The notes under the pieces: generated by a model
Database searches by the model: none
What the model was told of the DNA's origin: nothing
The model's input: the letters and a program-made list of their open reading frames with translations, nothing else
Source of the DNA: Candidatus Saccharimonadota bacterium
GTDB lineage: Bacteria > Patescibacteriota > Saccharimonadia > Saccharimonadales > UBA4665
DNA length: 32,000 bases
NCBI GenBank assembly: GCA_016699955.1
Contig: CP064993.1
Coordinates: 1,050,001 to 1,082,000, forward strand
Direction: 5' to 3'
In this document: piece by piece, positions 1 through 7,317 of the stretch
How positions within the stretch are numbered: the stretch's first letter is position 1
Layout: each line of letters opens with the position of its first letter
Program-made: the position numbers and the translations under genes

Positions 1-1281
1 CTCGTCACTTTCCTGTAGTAGATTTTTTGCTTCAGCTACTTTCTCGGGATTTTCCCCGTTCTTAAGAACCTCATCAAGTACTTCTTTTGCTGCCGTAGAG
101 CTCAGTTTATTGTCTGCGACCATGTGGCTCAGTGCTATTAGGTTTTTTACCTGGGATTCATGGTTCTCCTCTGTCGGTTCAACTTCGCTTACATTATCTG
201 GGTCGTCAGACTGCGGACGCATCAGCCAAAAAGCAACCCGTTTTGCATGCTCGGGGCCTGCTTCGTCAAATATTTCTCCGACCGTCCTGGCTGTCTTCGG
301 ATCAGCAATAACATCCTCAATGGTGTTTTCGTCTAAGCCCATGTTTGCAAACTTATTTCGGAAGTCGCTGGGCAGATCGGGCATGAGCGCAGCAATTTGT
401 GCGACATACTCGTCTGTAAGCACCACTGGCGGGACATCCGGGTCGGGCATGTAGCGATAGTCGTGCGCGTCTTCTTTTGAACGCTGGCTGAATGTCTTCT
501 GTCCTGCATCATCCCAGCCACGTGTTTCTTGCACGATTGTTTTGCCTGTTTCGAGAAGTTCAATTTGCCGGTTCACCTCATATTCAACTGCCCGTTCGAT
601 GCTGCGGAAACTATTGAGATTCTTAGTTTCGGTACGAGTCCCCAGTGTACTGTCTTTACTGACGCTGACATTGACGTCAAAGCGCATGTTGCCATAGTAC
701 AGATTGGCGTAGCTGACATCGGCGTACCGCATTAGGAGCCATAGTTCGTGGGCATATGCTTTCGCTTCCGCAGCACTATGCATATCTGGTTCACTGACAA
801 TCTCAAGTAGCGGCGTGCCGGCACGGTTGAGGTCTACCAAACTAAAATGGGTGCCAGCTGGATGAGTTGACTTACCGGCATCGGCTTCCAAATGAGCCCT
901 AGTTATACCAACCCGTTTATGTTCTCCTTCTACTGTGACATCGACATATCCACCCAGTATGATTGGTTCGTCAAATTGCGTAATTTGGTAGCCCATGGGC
1001 AAGTCGGGATAAAAATAATGCTTGCGGTCAAATTTACTAAACAATTGCGGTTTGGTACCTAGAGCAAATGCCGCTCGGCTTGCTAAATCGACAGCTTTTT
1101 CATTTAAGACAGGCAGTGCGCCAGGCAAACCAAAGTCAATGTGGTTCACCAGCGTGTTTGGTGCCGCCTCACGTGCGTCGTTATCTGCACCGCTGAACAG
1201 CTTTGTCTTAGTCTTAAGCTGCACATGGCACTCAATGCCTATAGTTACGGTGTACTGCCGCCGAACGTCCTCGCTGATCAT
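1..1281 (-). CDS. gatB: Asp/Glu-tRNA(Asn/Gln) amidotransferase subunit B; the 3' end lies beyond the left edge of the window
   Basis: The ORF is absent from the track because it runs off the window. My translation from ATG 1281..1279 reads MISEDVRRQYTVTIGIECHVQLKTKTKLF..GLPGALPVLN..FDRKHYFYPDLP..RAHLEADAGK..DLNRAGTPLLEIVSEPD..YANLYYGNMRFDVNVS, which is typical GatB. A GGAG Shine-Dalgarno (SD) motif sits at 1287-1290, 5 nt upstream. Confidence 0.93.
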   Translation of the reverse strand, partial: MISEDVRRQYTVTIGIECHVQLKTKTKLFSGADNDAREAAPNTLVNHIDFGLPGALPVLNEKAVDLASRAAFALGTKPQLFSKFDRKHYFYPDLPMGYQITQFDEPIILGGYVDVTVEGEHKRVGITRAHLEADAGKSTHPAGTHFSLVDLNRAGTPLLEIVSEPDMHSAAEAKAYAHELWLLMRYADVSYANLYYGNMRFDVNVSVSKDSTLGTRTETKNLNSFRSIERAVEYEVNRQIELLETGKTIVQETRGWDDAGQKTFSQRSKEDAHDYRYMPDPDVPPVVLTDEYVAQIAALMPDLPSDFRNKFANMGLDENTIEDVIADPKTARTVGEIFDEAGPEHAKRVAFWLMRPQSDDPDNVSEVEPTEENHESQVKNLIALSHMVADNKLSSTAAKEVLDEVLKNGENPEKVAEAKNLLQESDE

Positions 1282-1303
1282 CTTATCTCCTTGATCATTA
1301 ACG

Positions 1304-1723
1304 TCATAGCGCTCCCAGATCTTTTAGCGCGGCTTTAATACCCAGTAAAGCGTCCTTAACGTCGCGCTCGCGAAGTTTTATGTCACTTTCGTGAACGAGT
1401 TTGTTGCGTAGCTTATGCCCGAACCATACATCATCGTTATATTTTATATCGCGCTGAGCAGCCACAAGGCGCTCGCCCATAGTTTTACCCTTGTAGCGGC
1501 TGTCTTTAAGCGCTTTGTCAAGCATTTTATCGGCGTCGATAATGGCCAGCGGCCACGTAGTTTTATCTTTAAGTAGCTGCTGTAAATCTTTCCATTTTCG
1601 CTCGTAATCTCCTTTGTTCAGTTTGTGGCGGCGCCGGGACATAACAGCCGCGGCAACAACAAGCAGCACAATTACAATGCCTGCACCGACAGCCAGTAAG
1701 CTCGAATCCATCACGTTATTCAT
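1304..1723 (-). CDS. Hypothetical single-pass membrane protein with a C-terminal all-alpha domain carrying an RNxxxH (HEPN-like) motif
   Basis: 139-aa ORF. The ATG overlaps the gatA stop (ATGA at 1720-1723) and the stop lies 22 nt before the gatB start. A hydrophobic helix spans residues 8-28 (LLAVGAGIVIVLLVVAAAVM), followed by SRRRHK. The motif KLRNKLVHE has R106-x4-H111, encoded at 1391-1408. Confidence 0.7.
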   Translation of the reverse strand: MNNVMDSSLLAVGAGIVIVLLVVAAAVMSRRRHKLNKGDYERKWKDLQQLLKDKTTWPLAIIDADKMLDKALKDSRYKGKTMGERLVAAQRDIKYNDDVWFGHKLRNKLVHESDIKLRERDVKDALLGIKAALKDLGAL

Positions 1724-3150
1724 TGTATGACTCCTTCAGCAGCAGCGGCGAATTCTAACAACTCACGGTCATGCTTTTGTGCTGCAATTATTTGTAGCCC
1801 TACCGGCATCCCATCACCGACAGCGCAAGGAATACTAATTGCCGGCACGCCAACCATGCTTGGCCCAACAGTCATCATGTCTACAAGGTACATCTTAAGT
1901 GGGTCGTCCACATTGTCGCCGATTTGAAAAGCTGTGTTTGGCGCAACAGGACCAATAAGAAAATCGACATCTTTCAGAACCGCGTCAAATTCATTGATGA
2001 GCTTCGTTCGCACAGTTTGTGCTTTTTTATAGTACGCATCGTAGTAGCCACTGCTCAGTACATACGTGCCGATCATAATGCGCCGCTTAGTTTCACGCCC
2101 AAACCCCATTTGCCGAGTCCGGGTGTAACTATCAGTTAGATCTCTGGCATCCCCGGTAAAATGGCCAAAACGTTGTCCGTCGTGACGAGCCAAATTACTG
2201 CTGACTTCGGCGGGGCAAATGATGTAGTAGACCGCAAGCGCCAACGGCAAAGAAGGGACACTAACCTCTCGTACATCTGCTCCGGCATCTCGCAGTTTTC
2301 GGATGGCGGTCTCAATTGCCGTACGAACATCATCATCGAGCCCCTCACCCATCCATTCTTTGATAACGCCTACTTTGGCTGATGAGAGGTTAAGAGCCTG
2401 CGGTGAAAGAACATATCCAGTTGGATTACGATCTATGGTTGTACCGTCCAGTTCGTCTTTTCCCGCCATAACGTCGATTACAAGACAAGCGTCTTCGACT
2501 GAACGAGCGAATGTACCAACCGTGTCCGTACTACTTGCCATGGCGACAATACCCGAACGCGACATGAGACCATAGGTTGGTTTATAGCCAACGCAGCCAT
2601 TGTAGCTGGCTGGTTGACGAGTAGATCCTCCGGTGTCGGTACCGAGTGCGAACGGTGTCATTTCTAGTGCAACCGCTACCGCCGAACCGCCAGAGGAACC
2701 ACCGGCGACTTTTTGTTTGTCACGAGCATTGCTGGTCGTAAAAAAGTCCGAGTTTTCGGTGCTGGCACCGTGTGCAAAAGCGTCTAGGTTGGCTTTGGCC
2801 ACACATATTGCGCCCTCTGCTTCAAGTCGTTCAATGACCGTTGCCTGGTACGGTGCGGTAAAACCTTTGAGTATGTTGCTGGCCGCAGTTGTTTCTGCCC
2901 CAAACACAAGGTAGTTATCTTTTGCGATGAAAGGCACGCCTGCCAGACGACCAGCCTTCTCCCCATTTGCCACTTTTTCATCTATTGCTTTTGCCCGGGA
3001 GCGCGCTGAATCTGCCAGAGTCACAATGATAGCCTGGTACTCTTTGTGCTTGTCTATGGCTGCAAGTGACTGCTCGACAAGATCGGCCGCCTTCACCCGC
3101 CCAGCCTGAACATCATCTGCAATCTGAGCTACTGGCTTCCAGACGCTCAC
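1720..3150 (-). CDS. gatA: Asp/Glu-tRNA(Asn/Gln) amidotransferase subunit A (amidase signature family)
   Basis: Amidase signature GGSSGGSAVAVA with the Ser-rich catalytic region (GTDTGGSTRQPAS). The track start is GTG 3183 with no RBS. I prefer the in-frame GTG at 3150..3148, which has AAGGAG (3159-3164) 8 nt upstream. Confidence 0.92.
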   Translation of the reverse strand: MSVWKPVAQIADDVQAGRVKAADLVEQSLAAIDKHKEYQAIIVTLADSARSRAKAIDEKVANGEKAGRLAGVPFIAKDNYLVFGAETTAASNILKGFTAPYQATVIERLEAEGAICVAKANLDAFAHGASTENSDFFTTSNARDKQKVAGGSSGGSAVAVALEMTPFALGTDTGGSTRQPASYNGCVGYKPTYGLMSRSGIVAMASSTDTVGTFARSVEDACLVIDVMAGKDELDGTTIDRNPTGYVLSPQALNLSSAKVGVIKEWMGEGLDDDVRTAIETAIRKLRDAGADVREVSVPSLPLALAVYYIICPAEVSSNLARHDGQRFGHFTGDARDLTDSYTRTRQMGFGRETKRRIMIGTYVLSSGYYDAYYKKAQTVRTKLINEFDAVLKDVDFLIGPVAPNTAFQIGDNVDDPLKMYLVDMMTVGPSMVGVPAISIPCAVGDGMPVGLQIIAAQKHDRELLEFAAAAEGVIQ

Positions 3151-3247
3151 AGTTCTGTCTCCTTGATCATTAGGTTTTGACACTGTGTCATTTTGTCATT
3201 TTGCAGAAGCCTAGACATGTAAGAATAAAAAGGAATGATCATTGTTT

Positions 3248-3541
3248 TCATCCGATCATCCTACTCACCTTTAACTGATTATTTTCAGTTGCCGGTACGT
3301 TTTCGAGAAGTTTTTCCGGAAGATAGCCGTAATCTTTGACTTCGTCTTTACGCATGACGTTAGTAAGTCCGGTGACTTGGTTAGTCGGCTCAAGGCCAGT
3401 GACGTCTGCACTAGTAAGAAGGTCGACATATCCAAGGATAGCACTCAACTCTTCGGTAAAAATGTCCACTTCCTCGTCAGACAAAGAAATCCGCGCGAGC
3501 GTGGCCAACTTTAAAACATCATCACGAGACAACTTCGCCAT
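3248..3541 (-). CDS. gatC: Asp/Glu-tRNA(Asn/Gln) amidotransferase subunit C
   Basis: 97-aa ORF. The N-terminus MAKLSRDDVLKLATLARISLSDEEV.. and the ..TNVMRKDEV.. region are typical GatC. It is the first gene of the gatC-gatA-(ORF)-gatB order. Confidence 0.9.
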   Translation of the reverse strand: MAKLSRDDVLKLATLARISLSDEEVDIFTEELSAILGYVDLLTSADVTGLEPTNQVTGLTNVMRKDEVKDYGYLPEKLLENVPATENNQLKVSRMIG

Positions 3542-3549
3542 AAGCTACT

Positions 3550-3558
3550 AGTATACCA
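3550..3558 (-). promoter_or_regulatory. Extended -10 element (TGgTATACT) 8 nt upstream of the gatC ATG; candidate leaderless promoter of the gat operon
   Basis: The minus strand reads TGG-TATACT-agtagctt-ATG. A possible -35 (TTACTG) lies 16 nt further upstream. Confidence 0.35.
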
Positions 3559-3600
3559 AGTCTTAACTGTGCAGTAACTATTTACTTGTCGTCTGCGATA

Positions 3601-3609
3601 TGTTCTAAT
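3601..3609 (+). promoter_or_regulatory. Extended -10 element (TGtTCTAAT) 6 nt upstream of ATG 3616
   Basis: The plus strand reads TGT-TCTAAT-atttta-ATG. It lies back to back with the gatC -10, about 48 bp away. Confidence 0.3.
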
Positions 3610-3615
3610 ATTTTA

Positions 3616-5061
3616 ATGATTGCCAGCACAGATACGGAGCCCCGACAGGTTATCGTAACTCCCGAACTATCGACACCATGCAAGGAAGCAATTTTAAGCA
3701 TAACAGGACTTGGGTGCCAAGCAGACGTTGTACCAGACTTAATTAAGGCTTTAGAGGCGGTTAGTAAAACCACCTTACCAGATGTTGATAATACCACTGA
3801 AGCAGTATCAAACTCGCTAAAAGGAATATATACTAAAGCCAGAAACAGTGAGTTGGCCAATAGCAACCTTGCTAAACTCGTTTTTGGTAATTGCGAAGTT
3901 GCGGGTATTGATACTAGCCACATTAAATTTACGGTTATTACACCATCACAATTAAGAAGAAGCCCTGGGGTATCGAGAGATGGTGCTGAAATTTTGTATA
4001 TACGTGAACAAAAAAAATCTGAAAATAATGTAAAAACAGAAATTGCTAAACTGCCTGAACAAGACGTCAAACCTGTTATTGATACGACTGAAATACGAGC
4101 GGCATATTTTGAAGTAATAGCTGAAATCATTCAGCAAGTCGATTCAACTACAGATACAATCCTTAAAAACCATCAGGAAATATCAAAATTTTTTGGAGCA
4201 ATAACTGGAAAAAAGAAATTTAAATATGTTAATAATAATTCTGGAACAACTGTAAATCGTACCTCAAAACAATTAGTAAACTACCTGTCAGAATTCATTA
4301 AAAACCCCGAACACTTCATTCAGTCAAAGATTGTTGAAAAATATCAAAGTATAATTCGCATACAAGCACGCGCAAAAGTTGCTACATCAATAGGCGATAT
4401 AATCAGAACCGAGTTAAACCAGTTTGATAAAATAGTTAGAAGTCTCGCTCACAGTGCAATAACAAATACAGAGCCAACTACAAAACCTACTCGAGGAAAA
4501 CCAACAACAGTTGAAACTATTCCTAGCACTGAGGATAATGTTAGCTCAGGGATAATAGAGCATTTCTCTGACATACAAACCAACCTGCCGTGGCTCGAGG
4601 AAGATAAGTCTAGAACGTTAAATAAGTACACAGGTCCCGAAGGTACGATATATTTTCTTGACGCTCGGAGTGCTGTTGCTAAAAACATAGAAAAACTGTG
4701 TACAAAGAGTAGTAAAAGAAGGCAATACGACTTTAAAAGACAAAAAATGAGGGCAATTAAGCTAGGTGCTTCAAATAACGCACAAGGTAATATATATAAG
4801 CCTAATCTTGAACGCAATGCAATTCCAAAAGACTTCGAAATCTATGCTATGAAGCTCGCTACACACGATGCACCCCGCACATTTTTTTCGATTAAACAAT
4901 TAAAGGATATATCAGCATCATTGCCTGAAGGGGTCAATCCAGACGATAAAGTTGTAGTTATACTCGGATGCAGTGCTAAATCACATCAAGAAGACTTGAT
5001 TGATCACTTTTACCGTGTGCCAAAAAAAACGATGAGGTCACTACATGTTGGTAGTGTGTAG
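3616..5061 (+). CDS. Hypothetical protein of about 481 aa, low-GC orphan with no recognisable domain
   Basis: A single long ORF. The track starts at TTG 3586; I prefer ATG 3616 because of the -10 element 6 nt upstream. The composition is Asn/Lys/Ile/Thr-rich, with no signal peptide, TM segment or catalytic motif that I recognise. Confidence 0.65.
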   Translation: MIASTDTEPRQVIVTPELSTPCKEAILSITGLGCQADVVPDLIKALEAVSKTTLPDVDNTTEAVSNSLKGIYTKARNSELANSNLAKLVFGNCEVAGIDTSHIKFTVITPSQLRRSPGVSRDGAEILYIREQKKSENNVKTEIAKLPEQDVKPVIDTTEIRAAYFEVIAEIIQQVDSTTDTILKNHQEISKFFGAITGKKKFKYVNNNSGTTVNRTSKQLVNYLSEFIKNPEHFIQSKIVEKYQSIIRIQARAKVATSIGDIIRTELNQFDKIVRSLAHSAITNTEPTTKPTRGKPTTVETIPSTEDNVSSGIIEHFSDIQTNLPWLEEDKSRTLNKYTGPEGTIYFLDARSAVAKNIEKLCTKSSKRRQYDFKRQKMRAIKLGASNNAQGNIYKPNLERNAIPKDFEIYAMKLATHDAPRTFFSIKQLKDISASLPEGVNPDDKVVVILGCSAKSHQEDLIDHFYRVPKKTMRSLHVGSV

Positions 5062-5294
5062 GCACGTAATATCGAATCAATAAACTAAGTAGTTAAGCAA
5101 ATAGTATTTTAAGCTTCCCATCTCTGATGACTTCGCTCTCGTTCAACTGCGCATGAAAGCACTGACTGCGGTGCTTAACCGAGCATGGTTGATTGCCAGA
5201 CCCAGCAACAAGCGTACTAGTCTTTTACTTCACGGGATTTGAGTAATATTACGGAATCTGTCCTTCGCTCATAGCAGACATCCAGATTGCTCCT

Positions 5295-7109
5295 ATGAAA
5301 ACATTGTTGTATGATGGCACGAGCATGAGGGGAACAACAGCTGAGATGGTTACTGACGAGAGGCCGTCACATGAATTACGTGGCGCTGGTATTGCTTTCG
5401 GCGTCGACTCATTTGGACGAAATCTTGATGGTGTATACACCGATTATCAAGGCACCTACGGAGCAGAGTCAGAAGAGTACCTTGAACTGATGGAAGCTGC
5501 CGGCTTTAGTGAACAGTTTGAAGGGCCCTTTTCGCCACCGGATAAATTTGGTTGTTCGTATGCATCGGATTCTGCCTTCGCGATCAATTGGCATCGCATT
5601 AGCCTGAATGAGCTAGTTAAACTTGGTGACTTACCAGCAACTACAGTTCAAAACTATCAGCGATGTGTAAACTCGGGTGACTATAAGAAATTTTATCTGC
5701 AAACACTGAAAAAGGGCTACCTGACTGAAGCTTACACATCTTTTGAGGATAGTGGTAATTACGTACGCGTAAAGGATTTTAAAGCCTGGTGCGACAAACA
5801 ATCATATTGGCTTGATCGCTATGCTGCTTATAAAGTTCTGAAAAGACTACCCGAAAACGAAGGTAGGCCGTGGCAGGAGTGGTCGAAGGGAAGCGTTTAC
5901 TCATACGGTATAGTGTCAGAAGTAGCCAAACAGTATCCAGATGTATTCGGTACGATCAAGTACATTCAGTGGAACGCCGCAAAACAGGCTCTGGCTTACA
6001 AAGAAATGGCGGCAAAGCACGGCATAAAAATACGCGGCGATGTGCCTTTCGGAGTCAGACTTGAGAGCGCTGATGTTTGGGGTAACCGCGAATTATTTGA
6101 CCTAGATGAAAAGGGTTATGCGCGCCATGTCTCCGGCGCAAAGCCTGACCACTTAGCGCCTAATGGACAAATTTGGGGGCACCCTGCCTATGTCACAGAA
6201 AACCCAGATTTAATTGACTGGTGGATTAAACGCCTTAAGCATGTCCATGAACTAACCGGCGGAGACACACGACTCGATTATTTTGTTGGGTTTGCGCATC
6301 CTTGGCTAATACCTGCGGGTACCCGAATGGCTACTGAGGGATCTCGAGGGAAGGGTTTTGGTAATAAGCTTTTGAAGAGGCTTAAACTGGATAATGAGTT
6401 TGGTGAAGCGCAGAGACTACCCCTGTACGCCGAGGCGGTTGGTGACGTAACCTATGTGGTGAGGGCTCTGCTAAAGAGATACGACCTTTCACACATGCTT
6501 GTCTATACTTTTGTACCATGGGGCACAGATAAAGAAACTATTCAGGATTTGCCCCGCAATTTTCGCAAAAACGGCACTGCCTTCAGTAGTACCCATGACT
6601 CTGAGACATTGATGGGTATGGTCGCACGGCTCTATGAATCTGCGGAGACCGGTGACCCAGCCTATGATACTACCCAAACCGGCCGTAAAGCACTTCGAAA
6701 TAAACCACAAAAAGAACGTAGCGTATCAACCGAACCATGGACACATTTCATACGGGAGTTAGCAGATTACTGCAAAGAGGAAGAACTGGTCCATGACCGA
6801 AATCTTACTGATGCAATGCGCGAGGTCATGCTGCGTAAAGTGGCACGGTATGCGATAAAGTCGATACTGGATTCAGAGGCTGAGACTGTCGTCACTCCCA
6901 TCTGGGATGTGTTGTACAGTCGTACACGGTTCAACACACCAGGTACCTATAACGGTCAGCCTGGATTCACGGGTCAGAACTGGACCCACCGATATGACGC
7001 AGCTGAGTTACAAAAGCATGTAGCCGAAATGCGTTCCGACATCGAAGCAAGCGATCGATTAAAGCGCCAGCTCGCACATCTAGCACTGGCCAAACAGGAA
7101 GTCGCTTAG
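5295..7109 (+). CDS. malQ: 4-alpha-glucanotransferase (amylomaltase, GH77), divergent
   Basis: By-eye alignment to Thermus amylomaltase. CSYASDSAFAINWHRI matches SPYQSFSAFAGNPYLI. IRGDVPFGVRLESADVWGNRELFDLDEKG matches IIGDMPIFVAEDSAEVWAHPEWFHLDEEG. TRLDYFVGF matches VRIDHFRGF, LYAEAVGDVT matches VLAEDLGVIT, and SSTHDSETL matches TGTHDNDTT. Confidence 0.85.
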   Translation: MKTLLYDGTSMRGTTAEMVTDERPSHELRGAGIAFGVDSFGRNLDGVYTDYQGTYGAESEEYLELMEAAGFSEQFEGPFSPPDKFGCSYASDSAFAINWHRISLNELVKLGDLPATTVQNYQRCVNSGDYKKFYLQTLKKGYLTEAYTSFEDSGNYVRVKDFKAWCDKQSYWLDRYAAYKVLKRLPENEGRPWQEWSKGSVYSYGIVSEVAKQYPDVFGTIKYIQWNAAKQALAYKEMAAKHGIKIRGDVPFGVRLESADVWGNRELFDLDEKGYARHVSGAKPDHLAPNGQIWGHPAYVTENPDLIDWWIKRLKHVHELTGGDTRLDYFVGFAHPWLIPAGTRMATEGSRGKGFGNKLLKRLKLDNEFGEAQRLPLYAEAVGDVTYVVRALLKRYDLSHMLVYTFVPWGTDKETIQDLPRNFRKNGTAFSSTHDSETLMGMVARLYESAETGDPAYDTTQTGRKALRNKPQKERSVSTEPWTHFIRELADYCKEEELVHDRNLTDAMREVMLRKVARYAIKSILDSEAETVVTPIWDVLYSRTRFNTPGTYNGQPGFTGQNWTHRYDAAELQKHVAEMRSDIEASDRLKRQLAHLALAKQEVA

Positions 7110-7289
7110 AACCTAACGCGCATATCGAACTAGTCAGCTCCCTCGGTCGGCAGAGCCGTGAAGCGCCGCTGGCTTCTTTAACCCCAGCCTTACGTAAACA
7201 CCCTGCTAACACCTTTAAGCGCTAAGCGAGCGAGATGCCTTTAGGGGTGGGGCGCTTTAAACAACTGGATTACTCCGGTGGTTTAAAGC

Positions 7290-7309
7290 GGGGCGGGCGA
7301 GCCTGCCCC
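7290..7309 (-). terminator. GC-rich hairpin between convergent malQ and uvrB; probable uvrB intrinsic terminator
   Basis: GGGGCGGG-CGAG-CCTGCCCC forms an 8-bp stem (one G-T pair) with a 4-nt loop. On the minus strand it starts 9 nt after the uvrB stop and is followed by GCUUUAAA. Confidence 0.4.
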
Positions 7310-7317
7310 TGTAGTAT

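Noticed and set aside
3582-4130. 182-aa minus-strand ORF (and the 61-aa ORF at 3952..4137) overlapping the start of the low-GC gene
   Set aside because: The sequence is Ser/Leu/Thr-rich and mirrors the plus-strand ORF. It has no start context, and the plus-strand frame continues for about 1.4 kb with more natural composition. I treat it as an antisense shadow ORF.
5153-5242. 29-codon ORF (MKALTAVLNRAWLIARPSNKRTSLLLHGI) in the 233-nt spacer upstream of malQ
   Set aside because: It has no RBS or promoter context and no recognisable peptide features. It is indistinguishable from a chance ORF.
3545-5294. Genomic island or mobile element with att-like flanking repeats around the low-GC gene
   Set aside because: Only 7-nt AT-rich matches occur at the two borders (cttaact/agttaag and actattt/aaatagt), and their order is inconsistent. 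There is no integrase, transposase, tRNA or terminal inverted repeat. I report only the compositional anomaly.
7110-7317. A known structured RNA (SRP RNA, tmRNA, RNase P RNA, tRNA) in the malQ-uvrB spacer
   Set aside because: I looked for the SRP AGGUCAGGUCCGGAAGGAAGCAGC core, the tmRNA tag or acceptor features, the RNase P GAGGAAAGUCC box and a tRNA T-loop, and found none. Only generic hairpins are visible.
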